Positions 1 to 11,400 of a DNA stretch of 64,000 nucleotides are shown piece by piece. Both the position numbers and the translations under genes were made by a program. This DNA comes from a bacterium. Lineage in GTDB: Bacteria; SAR324; NAC60-12. The stretch's first letter is position 1. Each line of letters starts with the position of its first letter. The stretch spans positions 155,648-219,647 of the forward strand of contig CBDBHR010000024.1 in NCBI GenBank assembly GCA_965205865.1, written 5' to 3'. Under the pieces are notes generated by a model. The model searched no databases. It was given only the letters and a program-made list of their open reading frames with translations, and had not been told where the DNA came from.

Positions 1-875
1 GAAGGAAGAAGATGCCTAAAAATTATTCTCATATGACTTGCACCAGAGAGTCGAGCCGCCAGGACAAAATCCTCCTCCCTCAATTCTAGTAGTTGTCCTC
101 TCACCACTCTGGCTATGCCAGTCCAACCAACGATAGAGAGGACAATGGTAATCCCGAAATAAATCCTGATCATCGACCAATCTGTGGGCAGAGCTACCGC
201 CAATGCCATCCATAGGGGGATTCTGGGGATTGATGTTAAAAATTCTATGAGCCTTTGGATAATCATATCAGGAGCTCCTCCGAAATAACCGGAGATCCCC
301 CCCAATATACTTCCTAGAAAAAGGCTTAAGAACACCCCTACCAAGCCTATAGATAAAGAAATTCGTGATCCATTGAGAACACGGGAGAATACATCTCTTC
401 CCAATTTATCTGATCCGAATAAAAAAACCGTTCCCTCAGGCTCCTTTACTCCAAAAAAATGAATATCTGATTTAAACAAGTTCCAAAATTTATACTCATC
501 ACCAGGGACGAAAAAATAGATAGGAAACTTTCGGGTTTTATCTTCTTTGTATAGTCTGCGCATTGTTTTAAAATCGATTGTTAATTCTTGCTTATATACA
601 AAGGGACGAAAATGGAACTTTCCCTGATCATCGAAAAAATGAATCCTTTGCGGCGGACTATAGGTAAATTCCGTACGGGAATGCATATGATAAGGAGCAA
701 AAAAATCGCAGAATACCGCTAAAAGATAAAAAACACCTAACAAAATGCCACTCGCTATAGCGAGCTTATGTTTCCTGAACTTAAGCCACAACAACTGCCA
801 CTGTGAAGCAAAATAAATCTTTTCTGCTTCTCTGACACTAACATCATCAACTTTTTCTTTCTCATTGATCATCAT
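1..875 (-). CDS. ABC transporter permease, DppC/OppC-like (runs off window edge)
   Basis: Manual translation from ATG 875: MMINEKEKVDDVSVREAEKIYFASQWQLLWLKFRKHKLAIASG..., later FGSDKFGRDVFSRVLNGSRISLSI. It follows the DppB-like gene. Confidence 0.9.
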   Translation of the reverse strand, partial: MMINEKEKVDDVSVREAEKIYFASQWQLLWLKFRKHKLAIASGILLGVFYLLAVFCDFFAPYHMHSRTEFTYSPPQRIHFFDDQGKFHFRPFVYKQELTIDFKTMRRLYKEDKTRKFPIYFFVPGDEYKFWNLFKSDIHFFGVKEPEGTVFLFGSDKLGRDVFSRVLNGSRISLSIGLVGVFLSLFLGSILGGISGYFGGAPDMIIQRLIEFLTSIPRIPLWMALAVALPTDWSMIRIYFGITIVLSIVGWTGIARVVRGQLLELREEDFVLAARLSGASHMRIIFRHLLP

Positions 876-928
876 GAACCGCTTCCAAATTTATACATTC
901 AGGTTTCACTTATGAGAGGAGTCGGCTT

Positions 929-1927
929 TTAGCCACCACTTATCTTTTCAAAGCGAATACGGGGGTCCAGCCAAACAAGCAGTAAATCGGAAACAAAAAC
1001 GCCTACCACAGTTAAAGCGGATAGCAACATCATGATGCTCCCGGCTAAATACATATCCTGGCTTAGTAACGCGTGTAGAAAAAGAGGTCCCGTCGTGGGG
1101 AGGTTTAATGTTACAGCAACGATAATTTCTCCAGAGAGGATGAGGGGAAAAACCCAACCTATGCAGCTTACTATGGGATTTAATGCTATTCTTACCGGAT
1201 ACTTAAATAAAAGAGTCCCTTCCGAGAGCCCTTTGGCCCGGGCGGTAATGACATATTGCTTTTGAAGTTCATCCAAAAGGCATCCTCTCATAATCCTGAT
1301 AAGAAAGGCTAACCCGGCAGCACCGATCGTTATTACCGGAACCCACAAATGATTAACCAGATCTAAAACCTTGCCTGGGCTCCAGGGAGCGTGTACATAT
1401 TCAGATGAGAAAAGACCTCCTACATTTAGTCCGAAAAATCTGTTGAAAAAGAACATTAAAATAAGTGCCAAAAGGAAAGGAGGTGTAGCCACACCAACGA
1501 AACCAACGGCTGTAAAGGAATAGTCACCAAATGAGTACTGGTGGGTGGCAGAATAAATCCCGATAGGTATCGCTACAATATATGTCAGGAAGAGCGTAAA
1601 AAGAGATATCGATACTGTCAGTCCTAATCGTTCACCTATCAACTCAATCACTGGCTTATTATGTGAAAAGGACATGCCGAAATCCCCTTGAAACATATTC
1701 CCCATCCACTTGAAATATTGAAGATAGATTGGCGAATCCAGTCCATATTGCTTGATTAGAGCAGCTTTTTGAGCGTCATCAACAGGCGCTCCCGTCATCT
1801 CTAAAGTCGCTATGTAAGATGATAAAAAATCACCTGGTGGAAGCTGGATGATGATGAAACCAACAACAGAAACCACTAATAAAATCAGGATCATAAATAA
1901 AAACCGCTGAATATAATAATGCAACAT
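929..1927 (-). CDS. ABC transporter permease, DppB/OppB-like
   Basis: LPPGD, YGLDSPIYLQY, GDFGMSF, YVITARAKGLSE (EAA loop), C-terminal LDPRIR. Confidence 0.95.
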   Translation of the reverse strand: MLHYYIQRFLFMILILLVVSVVGFIIIQLPPGDFLSSYIATLEMTGAPVDDAQKAALIKQYGLDSPIYLQYFKWMGNMFQGDFGMSFSHNKPVIELIGERLGLTVSISLFTLFLTYIVAIPIGIYSATHQYSFGDYSFTAVGFVGVATPPFLLALILMFFFNRFFGLNVGGLFSSEYVHAPWSPGKVLDLVNHLWVPVITIGAAGLAFLIRIMRGCLLDELQKQYVITARAKGLSEGTLLFKYPVRIALNPIVSCIGWVFPLILSGEIIVAVTLNLPTTGPLFLHALLSQDMYLAGSIMMLLSALTVVGVFVSDLLLVWLDPRIRFEKISGG

Positions 1928-1991
1928 TTTTTATAATCCTCTTTAGGAATTGTCCCTTAATAACATCCTTAAATCCCTATACCCAAAACAG

Positions 1992-2036
1992 AGAGGCGGC
2001 TCTCACTCCCAATCTAACGGTGTGAGAACCGCCTCT
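1992..2036 (-). terminator. Stem-loop between SBP and permease genes (partial terminator or mRNA stabiliser)
   Basis: AGAGGCGGTTCTCAC...GTGAGAGCCGCCTCT followed by CTGTTTT on the minus strand. Confidence 0.6.
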
Positions 2037-2151
2037 GCGGAATTCAGGACAGCTTGACGCCTTTTGAAAAGTGATACACGAGTTGTGCACACTATATCTC
2101 AATAAGCTGGACGCCTGCCCTACAGGCTTTTTTGGATAGGCTCTTATCCCA

Positions 2152-4086
2152 CTATTTTTTGAAGAACCATTGTTCGGGTAACTGGTATCTGAGACAGCTT
2201 GTATCATAGGTATCCGTAAAAGCAGTCTCACTCATATTACGCAAGTTAGCCGCTGCTACGCCAGGTTTCTTACTATTTCTTATAGTCCCTATTCCCCAAA
2301 CATACTCGGCTTGTAGCTCCCCAATCTGCCTAATCAAATCCTTCTGTTCCTCTTTGTTTCCGGAAGCCCACAATTGTGCTTGTAAGGAGTAAAGCTTTTT
2401 TACCTCCGCGGGCGGCTCTTCACCGCTTTTACCAAGAGATGTTTTCCACTGTTGCCACTTGGGAGCGAACCATTCAGAATTAAACATGTGTTGACCAGAG
2501 GCCTTCACTATGGGAGCTATTCCTATGGCGCAACCGTTTATGAACACACCTACCTCATGCTTTGCAGAGTCTTTCAATTTCCAGACAGCTGCCCTATCCA
2601 TTTGCTTGACAGTGGCTTTAACACCGACTTCTCCCCAGTAGAGACTTGTCAACTCACTGGTCTCAATCCAGGCTATTTCACCCCCGGATGTAACGGTAAT
2701 TGATACGGTCAAAGTTTTGCCATCAGGTCGGAGCCGGAAACCTTCTCCATCCCGCTTATCCAATCCCATCTCATCCAGAAGTCTGTTGGCTTCTTTTGGA
2801 TCATAACTTGCGTACGCTTTGGCAAATCTTTCTTCATAACCCGGGGCATCGCGTCCGAATGTCAATTGAGCAGGATCGCCTGTCCCATAGTTTACTTTCA
2901 CATTAACCTCTTGGCGGTTGATAGCCAAAGAGAGAGCTCGTCGGAACCGGACATCGCGGAAGATATCACGCTTAACCGGATCATCATCATAGTTCAAATT
3001 AAACCAAAAACCGGGATTAGCAGTATAAGCGGTTGTTGGCGTCCAAATACGCAGGTTATGCTTCTTTATGGCCTCAAAATAAAGGGGATAATCCTCCAGC
3101 TTGAACATCCTTTGACCGAAATCAACCTCTCCAGCTATCGCTTTCATACTGTTTAACTCTGGAGTTGTAGCCATAGTCCCTGTCATTTTATCAATATAGG
3201 GGAGTTGGTTGCCTTCCGGGTCTACCTTAAAGTAATAGGGATTTCGCTCCCATAGTACATCTAATTCACCAGGTGCCACCTTTTTGGTGATCCACGCAGT
3301 GACCGTAGGAAGATCCAAATTTCGCTGTTTACCAGAAGTAAACTCCATTTTCGCCCTGATTAGCTGCACCCAGCTGTCAAATCCTGCTGCTTTGGCTACC
3401 TCATTCGCCTTTTTATTGTACTTGAGGTGAAATTGTTTTAGGTAATGTTTGGGCAATATCTGAGACTGCCAAAAGCCAAAACATACCCCGGCTAGAGGGA
3501 GAAGTACATTTGGATTAGGTGCTCCAAAGCGGAAGCGAAATGTATAATCGTCCACCTTCTCTATTTTCGGCAACTCACCACCGGGCGTGACTGTCCACGG
3601 CAGGTTTGAGACACCTCCATGATAAGCCGCGAAAAGATCCTTGCTCCAAACAATATCGTCATAAGTGAATACCATATCATCAGCGGTGAAGGGTGCACCA
3701 TCTGACCATCTCATCCCCTTTCTCAAATAGACGGTCAGAACTTTACGTCCTTCTGAAAACTCCCACTTTTTGGCAACATTTGGCACTATCTCTTCGAAAT
3801 TACGGTCAAAGAAGAACAAATTTTCAAAGTTACTTTCTGTGGGTTCACCCCAATCCAACACAGAAGGCATCATCATCCGCACTGTCCCCCCATACTGTCC
3901 AATTTCCTCATAGACTTCAATAACCAAAGGCTCTTCAGGAAGTCTTTCTTCCAACGGAGGAAGCTCCCCCGCCTTAACCAATTCCTTCAGCATGGGAGCC
4001 TCGTTATACTTTTGCGCCAGTGCTGAAGTCGCTCCCAATAAGCACATTACCCCAGCCAATAGTACCACCATTAATTTCTTATACAT
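2152..4086 (-). CDS. ABC transporter substrate-binding protein, family 5
   Basis: Signal peptide MYKKLMVVLLAG, then EAPML...GELPPLEERLPEEP, LRKGMRWSDGAPFTADD and RFRRALSLAINR. A GGAGA RBS precedes ATG 4086. Confidence 0.93.
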   Translation of the reverse strand: MYKKLMVVLLAGVMCLLGATSALAQKYNEAPMLKELVKAGELPPLEERLPEEPLVIEVYEEIGQYGGTVRMMMPSVLDWGEPTESNFENLFFFDRNFEEIVPNVAKKWEFSEGRKVLTVYLRKGMRWSDGAPFTADDMVFTYDDIVWSKDLFAAYHGGVSNLPWTVTPGGELPKIEKVDDYTFRFRFGAPNPNVLLPLAGVCFGFWQSQILPKHYLKQFHLKYNKKANEVAKAAGFDSWVQLIRAKMEFTSGKQRNLDLPTVTAWITKKVAPGELDVLWERNPYYFKVDPEGNQLPYIDKMTGTMATTPELNSMKAIAGEVDFGQRMFKLEDYPLYFEAIKKHNLRIWTPTTAYTANPGFWFNLNYDDDPVKRDIFRDVRFRRALSLAINRQEVNVKVNYGTGDPAQLTFGRDAPGYEERFAKAYASYDPKEANRLLDEMGLDKRDGEGFRLRPDGKTLTVSITVTSGGEIAWIETSELTSLYWGEVGVKATVKQMDRAAVWKLKDSAKHEVGVFINGCAIGIAPIVKASGQHMFNSEWFAPKWQQWKTSLGKSGEEPPAEVKKLYSLQAQLWASGNKEEQKDLIRQIGELQAEYVWGIGTIRNSKKPGVAAANLRNMSETAFTDTYDTSCLRYQLPEQWFFKK

Positions 4087-4110
4087 CGTTTTTCTCCAAA
4101 ATAAAGTTAT

Positions 4111-4141
4111 AGCTTTTACAAAAGCCGCTTTCGTAAAAGCT
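4111..4141. repeat. Near-perfect 31-bp inverted repeat in the SBP 5' leader
   Basis: AGCTTTTACAAAAGC-C-GCTTTCGTAAAAGCT, one mismatch. Confidence 0.8.
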
Positions 4142-4284
4142 CTCAAAAAGAGTAAAGTGTTAAAAAAAACACTTTTCCGCTATGGAAAGCTCCCTTTTAC
4201 TCCTCTGCAAATCCAGAAAGAAACATCCTTCAAGCCACTAATCTGGCTTTCCCGCATAAAGGTCGCCTGCCGCAAGTCTTTAGC

Positions 4285-4300
4285 TTCAAAAGTCATGCCA
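4285..4300 (-). promoter_or_regulatory. Putative sigma54 (-24/-12) promoter of the ABC operon
   Basis: TGGCATGACTTTTGAA versus consensus TGGCACG-N4-TTGCW. Spacing is correct; the -12 element is GA instead of GC. Confidence 0.6.
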
Positions 4301-4386
4301 TCCGCTCGAAACGCAGGATTGGCGGGGGCTGAGGGGACCTATGGGAAAGGAGGCCGCCGGTTTTGAGGTGATTTTTTGGTAAAATC

Positions 4387-4481
4387 GGGCATTTTTGCCC
4401 TTCTTAAACACAAAAATGATGTATTTTCGGCAGTAATGTTTTGATATTAAACACTAATCTGAAATTCGGGCATATATGCCC
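4387..4481. promoter_or_regulatory. Two palindromic enhancer-like sites plus an IHF-like site
   Basis: GGGCATTTTTGCCC (4387-4400) and GGGCATATATGCCC (4468-4481), both preceded by TC. TATCAAAACATTA (minus strand, 4434-4446) fits WATCAANNNNTTR. Confidence 0.6.
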
Positions 4482-4537
4482 CATTTGATTATATTTGCCT
4501 GAATCAAGCGTTTCGTGGATTTCCGCTTCCAGAAAGA

Positions 4538-4966
4538 CTACAGGCTGTTCAGCAATTCTTGGATTTCATGAATCAATATAGGTAAATTGGGTTGCGCAAA
4601 ACTCATTCCTTCTGCAGGAATCCTATTATGTTTCATATCTGGTGGAATATGCTTGTGATGTGGATGAGTGCTTTGCAAAGTCGAATCATTAGGATGTGGT
4701 TGAGAATCGTACCAGTATAGTTTTTTCTCTTTTTGTCGGATCTCATATCCATATTCGTCAATGACGGCAGGTATACGATGATAAACAATTCGTTCACGGA
4801 TGGCGATCCATACATCTTTTGCAAAATACAGTTCTCCCTCCACACGAGCTAAGGTTGTTCCACGACGGATTAAACGCAAAGTTGAACGTTGGATGACAGG
4901 GAACTGTTCGGTGAGTGTGTATATAAACAGCTCGTAGTCTTTGATGGTACGGAGAGCATTATTCAT
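4538..4966 (-). CDS. DUF6516/TumE-like putative toxin
   Basis: YGYE...YWYDSQPHP...THPHHKH motif. The start overlaps the upstream gene's stop (ATGA). Confidence 0.6.
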   Translation of the reverse strand: MNNALRTIKDYELFIYTLTEQFPVIQRSTLRLIRRGTTLARVEGELYFAKDVWIAIRERIVYHRIPAVIDEYGYEIRQKEKKLYWYDSQPHPNDSTLQSTHPHHKHIPPDMKHNRIPAEGMSFAQPNLPILIHEIQELLNSL

Positions 4967-5232
4967 ACAGAAACCCGAATCAAACCACTCAAAGTCGGCT
5001 TATCACGTTGAATTCGTTGTACTTGGTCACGATAGGTTGCTTGACGCGCTAACCACGTTCGAAAGACGCTGGCCCATTCTCCAAAATCTAAGACCCAATT
5101 TTCATCTTCAGGTTCTTCACCACTGATATAGGCTGCATAGAATATGTCCGAACGAACTCCATACTTTCTTTCAAAATCAAGCAGTTCTTCTTCAAGGGAG
5201 TGAATATCAATCAGAATATCTTCAAGAGTCAT
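4963..5232 (-). CDS. Small acidic protein, putative antitoxin of the DUF6516-like gene
   Basis: LLDFERKYGVRSDIFY...DFGEW pattern, AAGGATGG RBS-like sequence, coupled two-gene layout. Confidence 0.55.
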   Translation of the reverse strand: MTLEDILIDIHSLEEELLDFERKYGVRSDIFYAAYISGEEPEDENWVLDFGEWASVFRTWLARQATYRDQVQRIQRDKPTLSGLIRVSV

Positions 5233-5434
5233 ATAACCATCCTTTAAGTGTGAATAGAGCCTATTACTAAATCGGCGATTAACGCCTTCTTTGAGAGTAA
5301 GCGTACCGGTTTTCTATGAGTTCTCCAAGCCTGTTTCATTGCTGATCTTTCGATGGCATGTCGTTTTCTTCTGCCCGGACGGCGTTCCGCTTCTGCCTCT
5401 GGCCTTCCAGGGGCCCACCAAAACAATCTTCCCT

Positions 5435-8400
5435 TTAGGAGGGTTTGAGATGGTACTGTTTTATTTTTCGATACAACGTTTTAGGATCAACCCCCAGGAG
5501 GGTTGAAACTTTGCCCTGGTGCCAGTCATTATCTTCCAGCACCTTGGTCAAATACAGTTTTTCGAGTCGCTTCATGGTGGCATCCAAGGGTTCATTGGTT
5601 TCACGCTCCTCAATCGAGACCGGTGGTTCTGTTAGGCTGTCATCGATTAAAGAGGTATCGAGGAAGTCGAGTTTCTTGAGCGTCAGGTAGCGATGCATGG
5701 TGTTGATCAGTTCCCTGACGTTTCCCGGCCAATCATAGGAGGTCAGAGCTTCCATGACACGGATGGTGATTTTTGGCAGGTTATTTGAGGAAGGGTGGTT
5801 TTGCATAAAATGCTCGATCAAAAGGGGGATATCCTCTTTACGTTTCCTGAGAGGCGGCAAGTGAATGGGGATAATGTGGATGCGGTAGAAGAAATCCTCC
5901 CGTATCAATCCCTTTTTCACCTGTTGTTTTAAATCTTTATTGGTGGCGGCAATGATGCGAAAATCGGAGGTTTCCGCTTTAAGGCCGCCTACTGGCGTGA
6001 ACCCTCCGCCCTCAATAGCACGCAGCAGTTTGGCTTGCAGGTTGGGGCCGATTTCACCCAATTCATCCAGGAAAAGCGTGCCTTTGTCTGCCAAATGGAG
6101 CAGGCCAGGCTTATCCGTGTTGGCTCCGGTAAAGGCCCCTTTTTTGTAGCCGAAAAACTCGCTCTCCAAGAGGGTTTCCGCAACACCACCAGCGTTGACG
6201 GGAACAAAGGGTTTTTCTTTTCTATCACTCATTTCATGGATGGCTTCGGCCACCAGTTCTTTACCCGTCCCTGATTCACCATAGACAATGACGCCAACAT
6301 CGCTAGCCGCCGCCTTTAAGATCAATTCATAAATCTCCTGCATCACGGGGCTTTTGCCGATGATCTTTCCGAACCGATAACGCTCCTTGATGTTGGAGCG
6401 CAGGCGGACATTTTCTTCATGCAGGGCTTCCATCCGGTTTTTCTGCTCCGTTACGTCGGAAAGAATCCCTTCGATGAAGCGCAATGCATCAGTCTCGTCA
6501 TAAACGGGGCGGGCGTGCAGGGATGCCCAGAAGGTGCTGCCGTCTTTACGGAAAAATTCCACCTCAAAATCCGAAACGGGGCGTCGGTGCCGGATGAGAT
6601 CCAGGAACTGATGACGCCGCTCCGGATACACATAAAGCTGGTGCCCGACGTCGGTGATGGATGCCATCAGCTCCTCCGGGGAAGAGTACCCGAAGATTCG
6701 GGCCATCGCTGGATTGGCGCTCAGAAAGCGGCCGTCCTGGCTCGTCCGGTAGATGCCTTCAGTGGCATTTTCAAATATTCCCCGGTATTCCGCTTCGGTT
6801 CGTTTGAGGTTTTCGTGAAGCCTGGCATTTTCCAGAGAAATGGCGATCTGGGAGGTGAGGTGTTTGATCACCTCGAGTCGCCGGGGGGTGAAGGCTCCCT
6901 CAACCAGGTTATTTTCCAGGTAAATGATTCCGGTCAAGGCGGACTGATGAGTGATCGGCGCGCACAGGATGGATTTGATGCGCTCCCGTTTAATATAGTC
7001 ATCCTCGGCAAACCGTTCTTCCCGGGAGGCGTTGTCCAAAACCAGGTGTTCCCGGGTTTGTTTCACCCAGGAGATGACCGAGAGGGAGAGGGAGAAAGCC
7101 TTTTCCACAGGCAGGGAAAGCGGCAGGAAACATTCGACCTGCTCGGCGCTCCCGCGGGCAGCGATGAGAGACTGACCTTCGGTTTCCAGAAGCAGGGTTG
7201 CTGTCTGGGCCCCGGCATTTTCCATGAGAATGCGGAGCAGGATCACCAGCAGCGGTTCCAACTCGAGGGTTCCGGAGATAGCCTCCGAGGCTTTGAGCAT
7301 CGTCGCCAGGTCCAGGTTGGCCGAAGGAGGCGCCACTTCTATGTGATCATCGGCAATCAACCCAGGATATCGAGACTTCAGATGCGCGACCTTCCGTTTT
7401 GCCCCCCAGGCTTCGTACTGCTCCATTGCTGCGCGCAGGTAAGACCTGGCGGCGTCGTTCTGCCCCTGGTTGAGCAAGTACCTGGCTGCCAGTTCATTGG
7501 CCAGGGCTTCCTCGTGGATATATTCGCTCTCTCCGGCCAAAGCGATGGCCTGGTCATAGTGGTACATAATGGTATCGGGTTCACCATCCAAAACCCGCAG
7601 CCGCTCGGCTTCCACCAGGTGATGCTTATGCAAATAATTGGGCGGGGCACTGCGCGCCAGTTTCTCCAATGTATCCTGATTGTCATGAACCCGGGTGAGG
7701 GTCTCCTCCTTTTCCCCCTCGCTCCCCTGGTCGCAAACTGCCAGGAGAGCGAGGGACAGGTAGCAGTTGGCCAAGGGATCAACAAGGGCATCCTTGTAGG
7801 TTTTCATCAGGTTGATCATTTCAAAAACCGTCTCACGGGCTGCTTCGTATTCTTCGAACAGGGTTTGCAGCACCAGCTTTTGGTAATTAAAACTGCTCTG
7901 TTCATGATAGACGAACTCTGCACCCGTCACCCTGTGGAATTGATCCATGATGCCGCTCGACAGGCTCGAAGGTTCCTCCATCAGAATCGTGACCGCCTTC
8001 GTCAGCATTTCGACTTGGGGAGACCCGATAATATAATCGATCTTCTCGAGGGCAAGCTTCAACGTCGACAATTCCCCTTTCAGCCAATTCAGCTCCTTCC
8101 CGCACATAAACGCTATACGACACCTTGCGACGGCGCTAATACCGGCATTGTAGAAATCTCCCGTCTCGATTCCCATCTTATGAGCTTCCAGCAAGGGCTC
8201 CAATGACGCCGATAGCGGCTCCCTGTAGAACCGGATCGAGAGGTTGAAAACCCTGGAAACTCTACAGTTTATTTTCTTCAGAGCAAGCGCTTCCATGAGC
8301 TGCATGCCCAGACGACCGAGTTCATAACCAAATTCAAAATCCTGCATAAACCTGCAATAGTTTAATCCAAGGAGACAATAGAATTCGGGTGAATATTCCG

Positions 8401-11400
8401 GATGAAAATGATTGAGCAGCAAAGAGATACGTTTTAATGCGATAGGCTGCCAAAGACCGTCATCCAAAGTAACCCCAGCCTCTCCATATGCCGTATGGAG
8501 CCTATATAGGATAGGGACAAGGATCTCGGCATGCGGTTGGGTGAGCGGCTCAAAGCGCATCACTTCTTCGACGCTTTTACCGGCCAGGCTGGATTTGATT
8601 TGAACGAGGGTCTGCTGCCACTGGTCTAAAGACAAATGGGTGAGATTACACCCCAATTTCTCCAGAATTTCCTCGCCCGTTTCCATGGCCTTCTTTAATT
8701 CACCCCGGGTGGTGTACGCCTTGATCCGGCATCGATAAACGTTGGCCTGGTCCAGGTCCTCTCGGGTGTTGTCTTTTACGGCACCCGCCAGCTTCTCCAT
8801 CAACTCGAAGCGGCCGCAGAGCGATGACATCTCCGTGGCCTCCTCATGCAGGGATAAGGTTAAGGGGTAATGCCGTTTCCAGGCGGCGGCTCCTGAAAGC
8901 TCCAGACCTATGGTAAAATATTCCAGGGCCTGTTCAAAAGCCGAAGCCGCTCTGGCCTGACGACCGGCTTCCAGGTTCAGTTCTGCCAGATGCAATCGTT
9001 CTTTCCATTTATCCTTCACCCTCCGGGCCAGGTTGAGATGGTGAACGATGTCAAAAAGCAGAGCGTCACTTTCCTCCGGAGCGTATTGCTTGAGCAGGGT
9101 CTGACCGATTCGAAGATGGACCGGCTTTCTCTCCTTTTGCGCAATGAGGGCATAGGCAGCCTGCTGCACCCGGTCATGCAGGAATTTATAGCCGCCGCCC
9201 TCCGCGGTCGATTCGGCGGTCGGATCATCCGGCTGCGGGACCTGGGAAAAACCGAGGATCAACCCGTTTTCAAGGGCCGGCAACAGGTTCTCATAGATCT
9301 CCCCGCTTCCAGCTCCGCTGATCAACTCCAAGGATTCCAGGTCAAAGGTATTGCCGATGCAGGCCGCCAGGCTCAAAAGTCGCCTGGTTTCAGAGGAAAA
9401 CCGATGGAGCCGGTCAATCAGCAACTCCACCACATTCTCGGTCACCGCCAGGAACTCGATGGCAGCCAGCTCCCAGGTCCATCGTTTTTCCTCAGGGGAG
9501 TAACCGATCAGATCCTTCTCGGAGAGTACGGTCAAGAACTGACTCACAAAGAAGGGATTACCGCCGGTTTTTCGCTCCAGGGCCTCTGCCAGCGGGTTTG
9601 CCTCCTCAGGACGGCAGTGGCAGGTATGGACGAGCAGTTGTGAAATGTGATCCCGGTTCAGGGGCTTTAAGGGGATCGTTTTGGCAGGCAGGCCTGATTT
9701 TTTGATCACCTCACTACTGATCATCAGCCGATGATCGGCCTCCACCTCGTTGTCGCGATAGGCCCCCAGGAAAAGCAGAGGTTTCCTCTCCGGATCCTGA
9801 GCGATCTGTTCCACCAGCTTGAGAGTATCAGCGTCCACCCACTGCAAGTCGTCCAGAAAAATAACCAGGGGATGGGTCTTTTCACAGAAAAGGTCGATGA
9901 ACTCCAATAAAACGGCAGTGAAGCGGTTGCGGGACTCCAGCGCTCCCATTTCCGGCAGCGGGGGTTGCGGGCCGATCATCAGCTCCAGTTCCGGGATCAC
10001 CCGGGTCACCAGTTGTCCGTTGGGTCCCAGCGCTGCCCGTATCCTGCTTTTCCAACGCTCCATTCCGGATTTGTTTGCGACCGATACCTCCCGGATGAGT
10101 CCCCGCAGCGCCTGGATCAGGGCGCTGTAGGGGATATTATGCCGGAGCTGGTCAAACTTGCCGGAGATGAAGAAGCCGTTTTTTTGGGCAATGGACCTGT
10201 GAATTTCACCGACCAGGGCGGTTTTACCGACACCGGCGGTTCCCGAGACCAGCACCATCTCGGTCGCTCCCTGGCTGACTCGCTCCAGGGCGGCCTCCAG
10301 AGCAGTGATTTCATCCTCCCGACCGTAAAGCCCCGGGGCGATCTGCAGTTCTTTAGGCATATCATGGCGGCCCAGGGGAAAGTCGGACAGGCTCCCCTGG
10401 TTTTCCAGCTGCTCCACACATGCCAGGAGATCGGCTGAAAGGCCCGAATGACTCTGGTAGCGCGCCTCGGCACGCTTGGCCATCAGTTTCATCACCAGGC
10501 GGGAAAGGGTTTTGGGCACCTGCGGCGTTATCTGCTCCAGGGGTACAGGCTGCCGGGCAATGTGAGCGTGGATGATTTCCATGGCCTCCCGGGAGTGGAA
10601 AGGCACTCTCCCGCTGAAAAGTTCGTAAAGGGTGACCCCCAGGGAATAAAAATCACTGCGATAATCGAGGGGGCGGTTCATCCGGCCGCTCTGCTCGGTG
10701 GAGATATAGGGCAGGGTTTCCCCGGTCAGCTGGGGACTCAAGGTCGTCGAATTTTCCCGGGGAAGCCGGGTGGCCAGGCCGAAGCCGCTCAGTTTGACCG
10801 TTCCCGATGCCGGATCGACAAAAATATTGAATGGGTTGATCATTTTATGAAGAATACCCTGCCGGTGCACTTCTTCCAGGGTGCCGGTCAGTGAAACCGC
10901 TACCTTGAGGGAGTCCGGCAGGTCGAGCCGGGAGGCGTCCATCAGCTTTCTTAAAGGGAGCCCTTCGGTGTTTTCCAGGATCAACGCCCATCCCTTCTCA
11001 TACTGCGCCAGTTCCTCTGACCTGAGGACCCCATCGATCTCGAGATCCCGAGTGATCTCATGCTCGTGCCGTATTTCCGCCTGTTCCTGCGCGCTCTGCT
11101 CAGAGGAAGCCGGTCCCTTGATCAGGACCAAAAGCCCATCCCTTAGCCGCCTGCCTCGCCAGAGCCGGGTCCGGCTGCTTTCAAGAATGACCTCCTCCAG
11201 TGAATATCCCGGTATATCCGGCTTTTTTCTGGCGGGAATCGTCTGCTCTAATAGCGGAAACAGCTCTTTTACTGGCCTGGGATGCGTTTCCATTCCCTGT
11301 CCAGTAGAAATTTCTTCCTTTGACCATTGAGAAATTTTGAAGCTTTTCAGCAGATCCCCCAAGAAACCCTGGTTCTTTTCGATTTCGTGGATTTTTCCCA

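Noticed and set aside
5244-5426. 60-aa ORF after the activator
   Set aside because: Weak start, low-complexity basic sequence and no family resemblance.
6419-8206. 595-aa plus-strand ORF and other long antisense ORFs over the giant activator, clpA, gspD and purL
   Set aside because: They are shadows of well-supported genes on the opposite strand and have no recognisable motifs.
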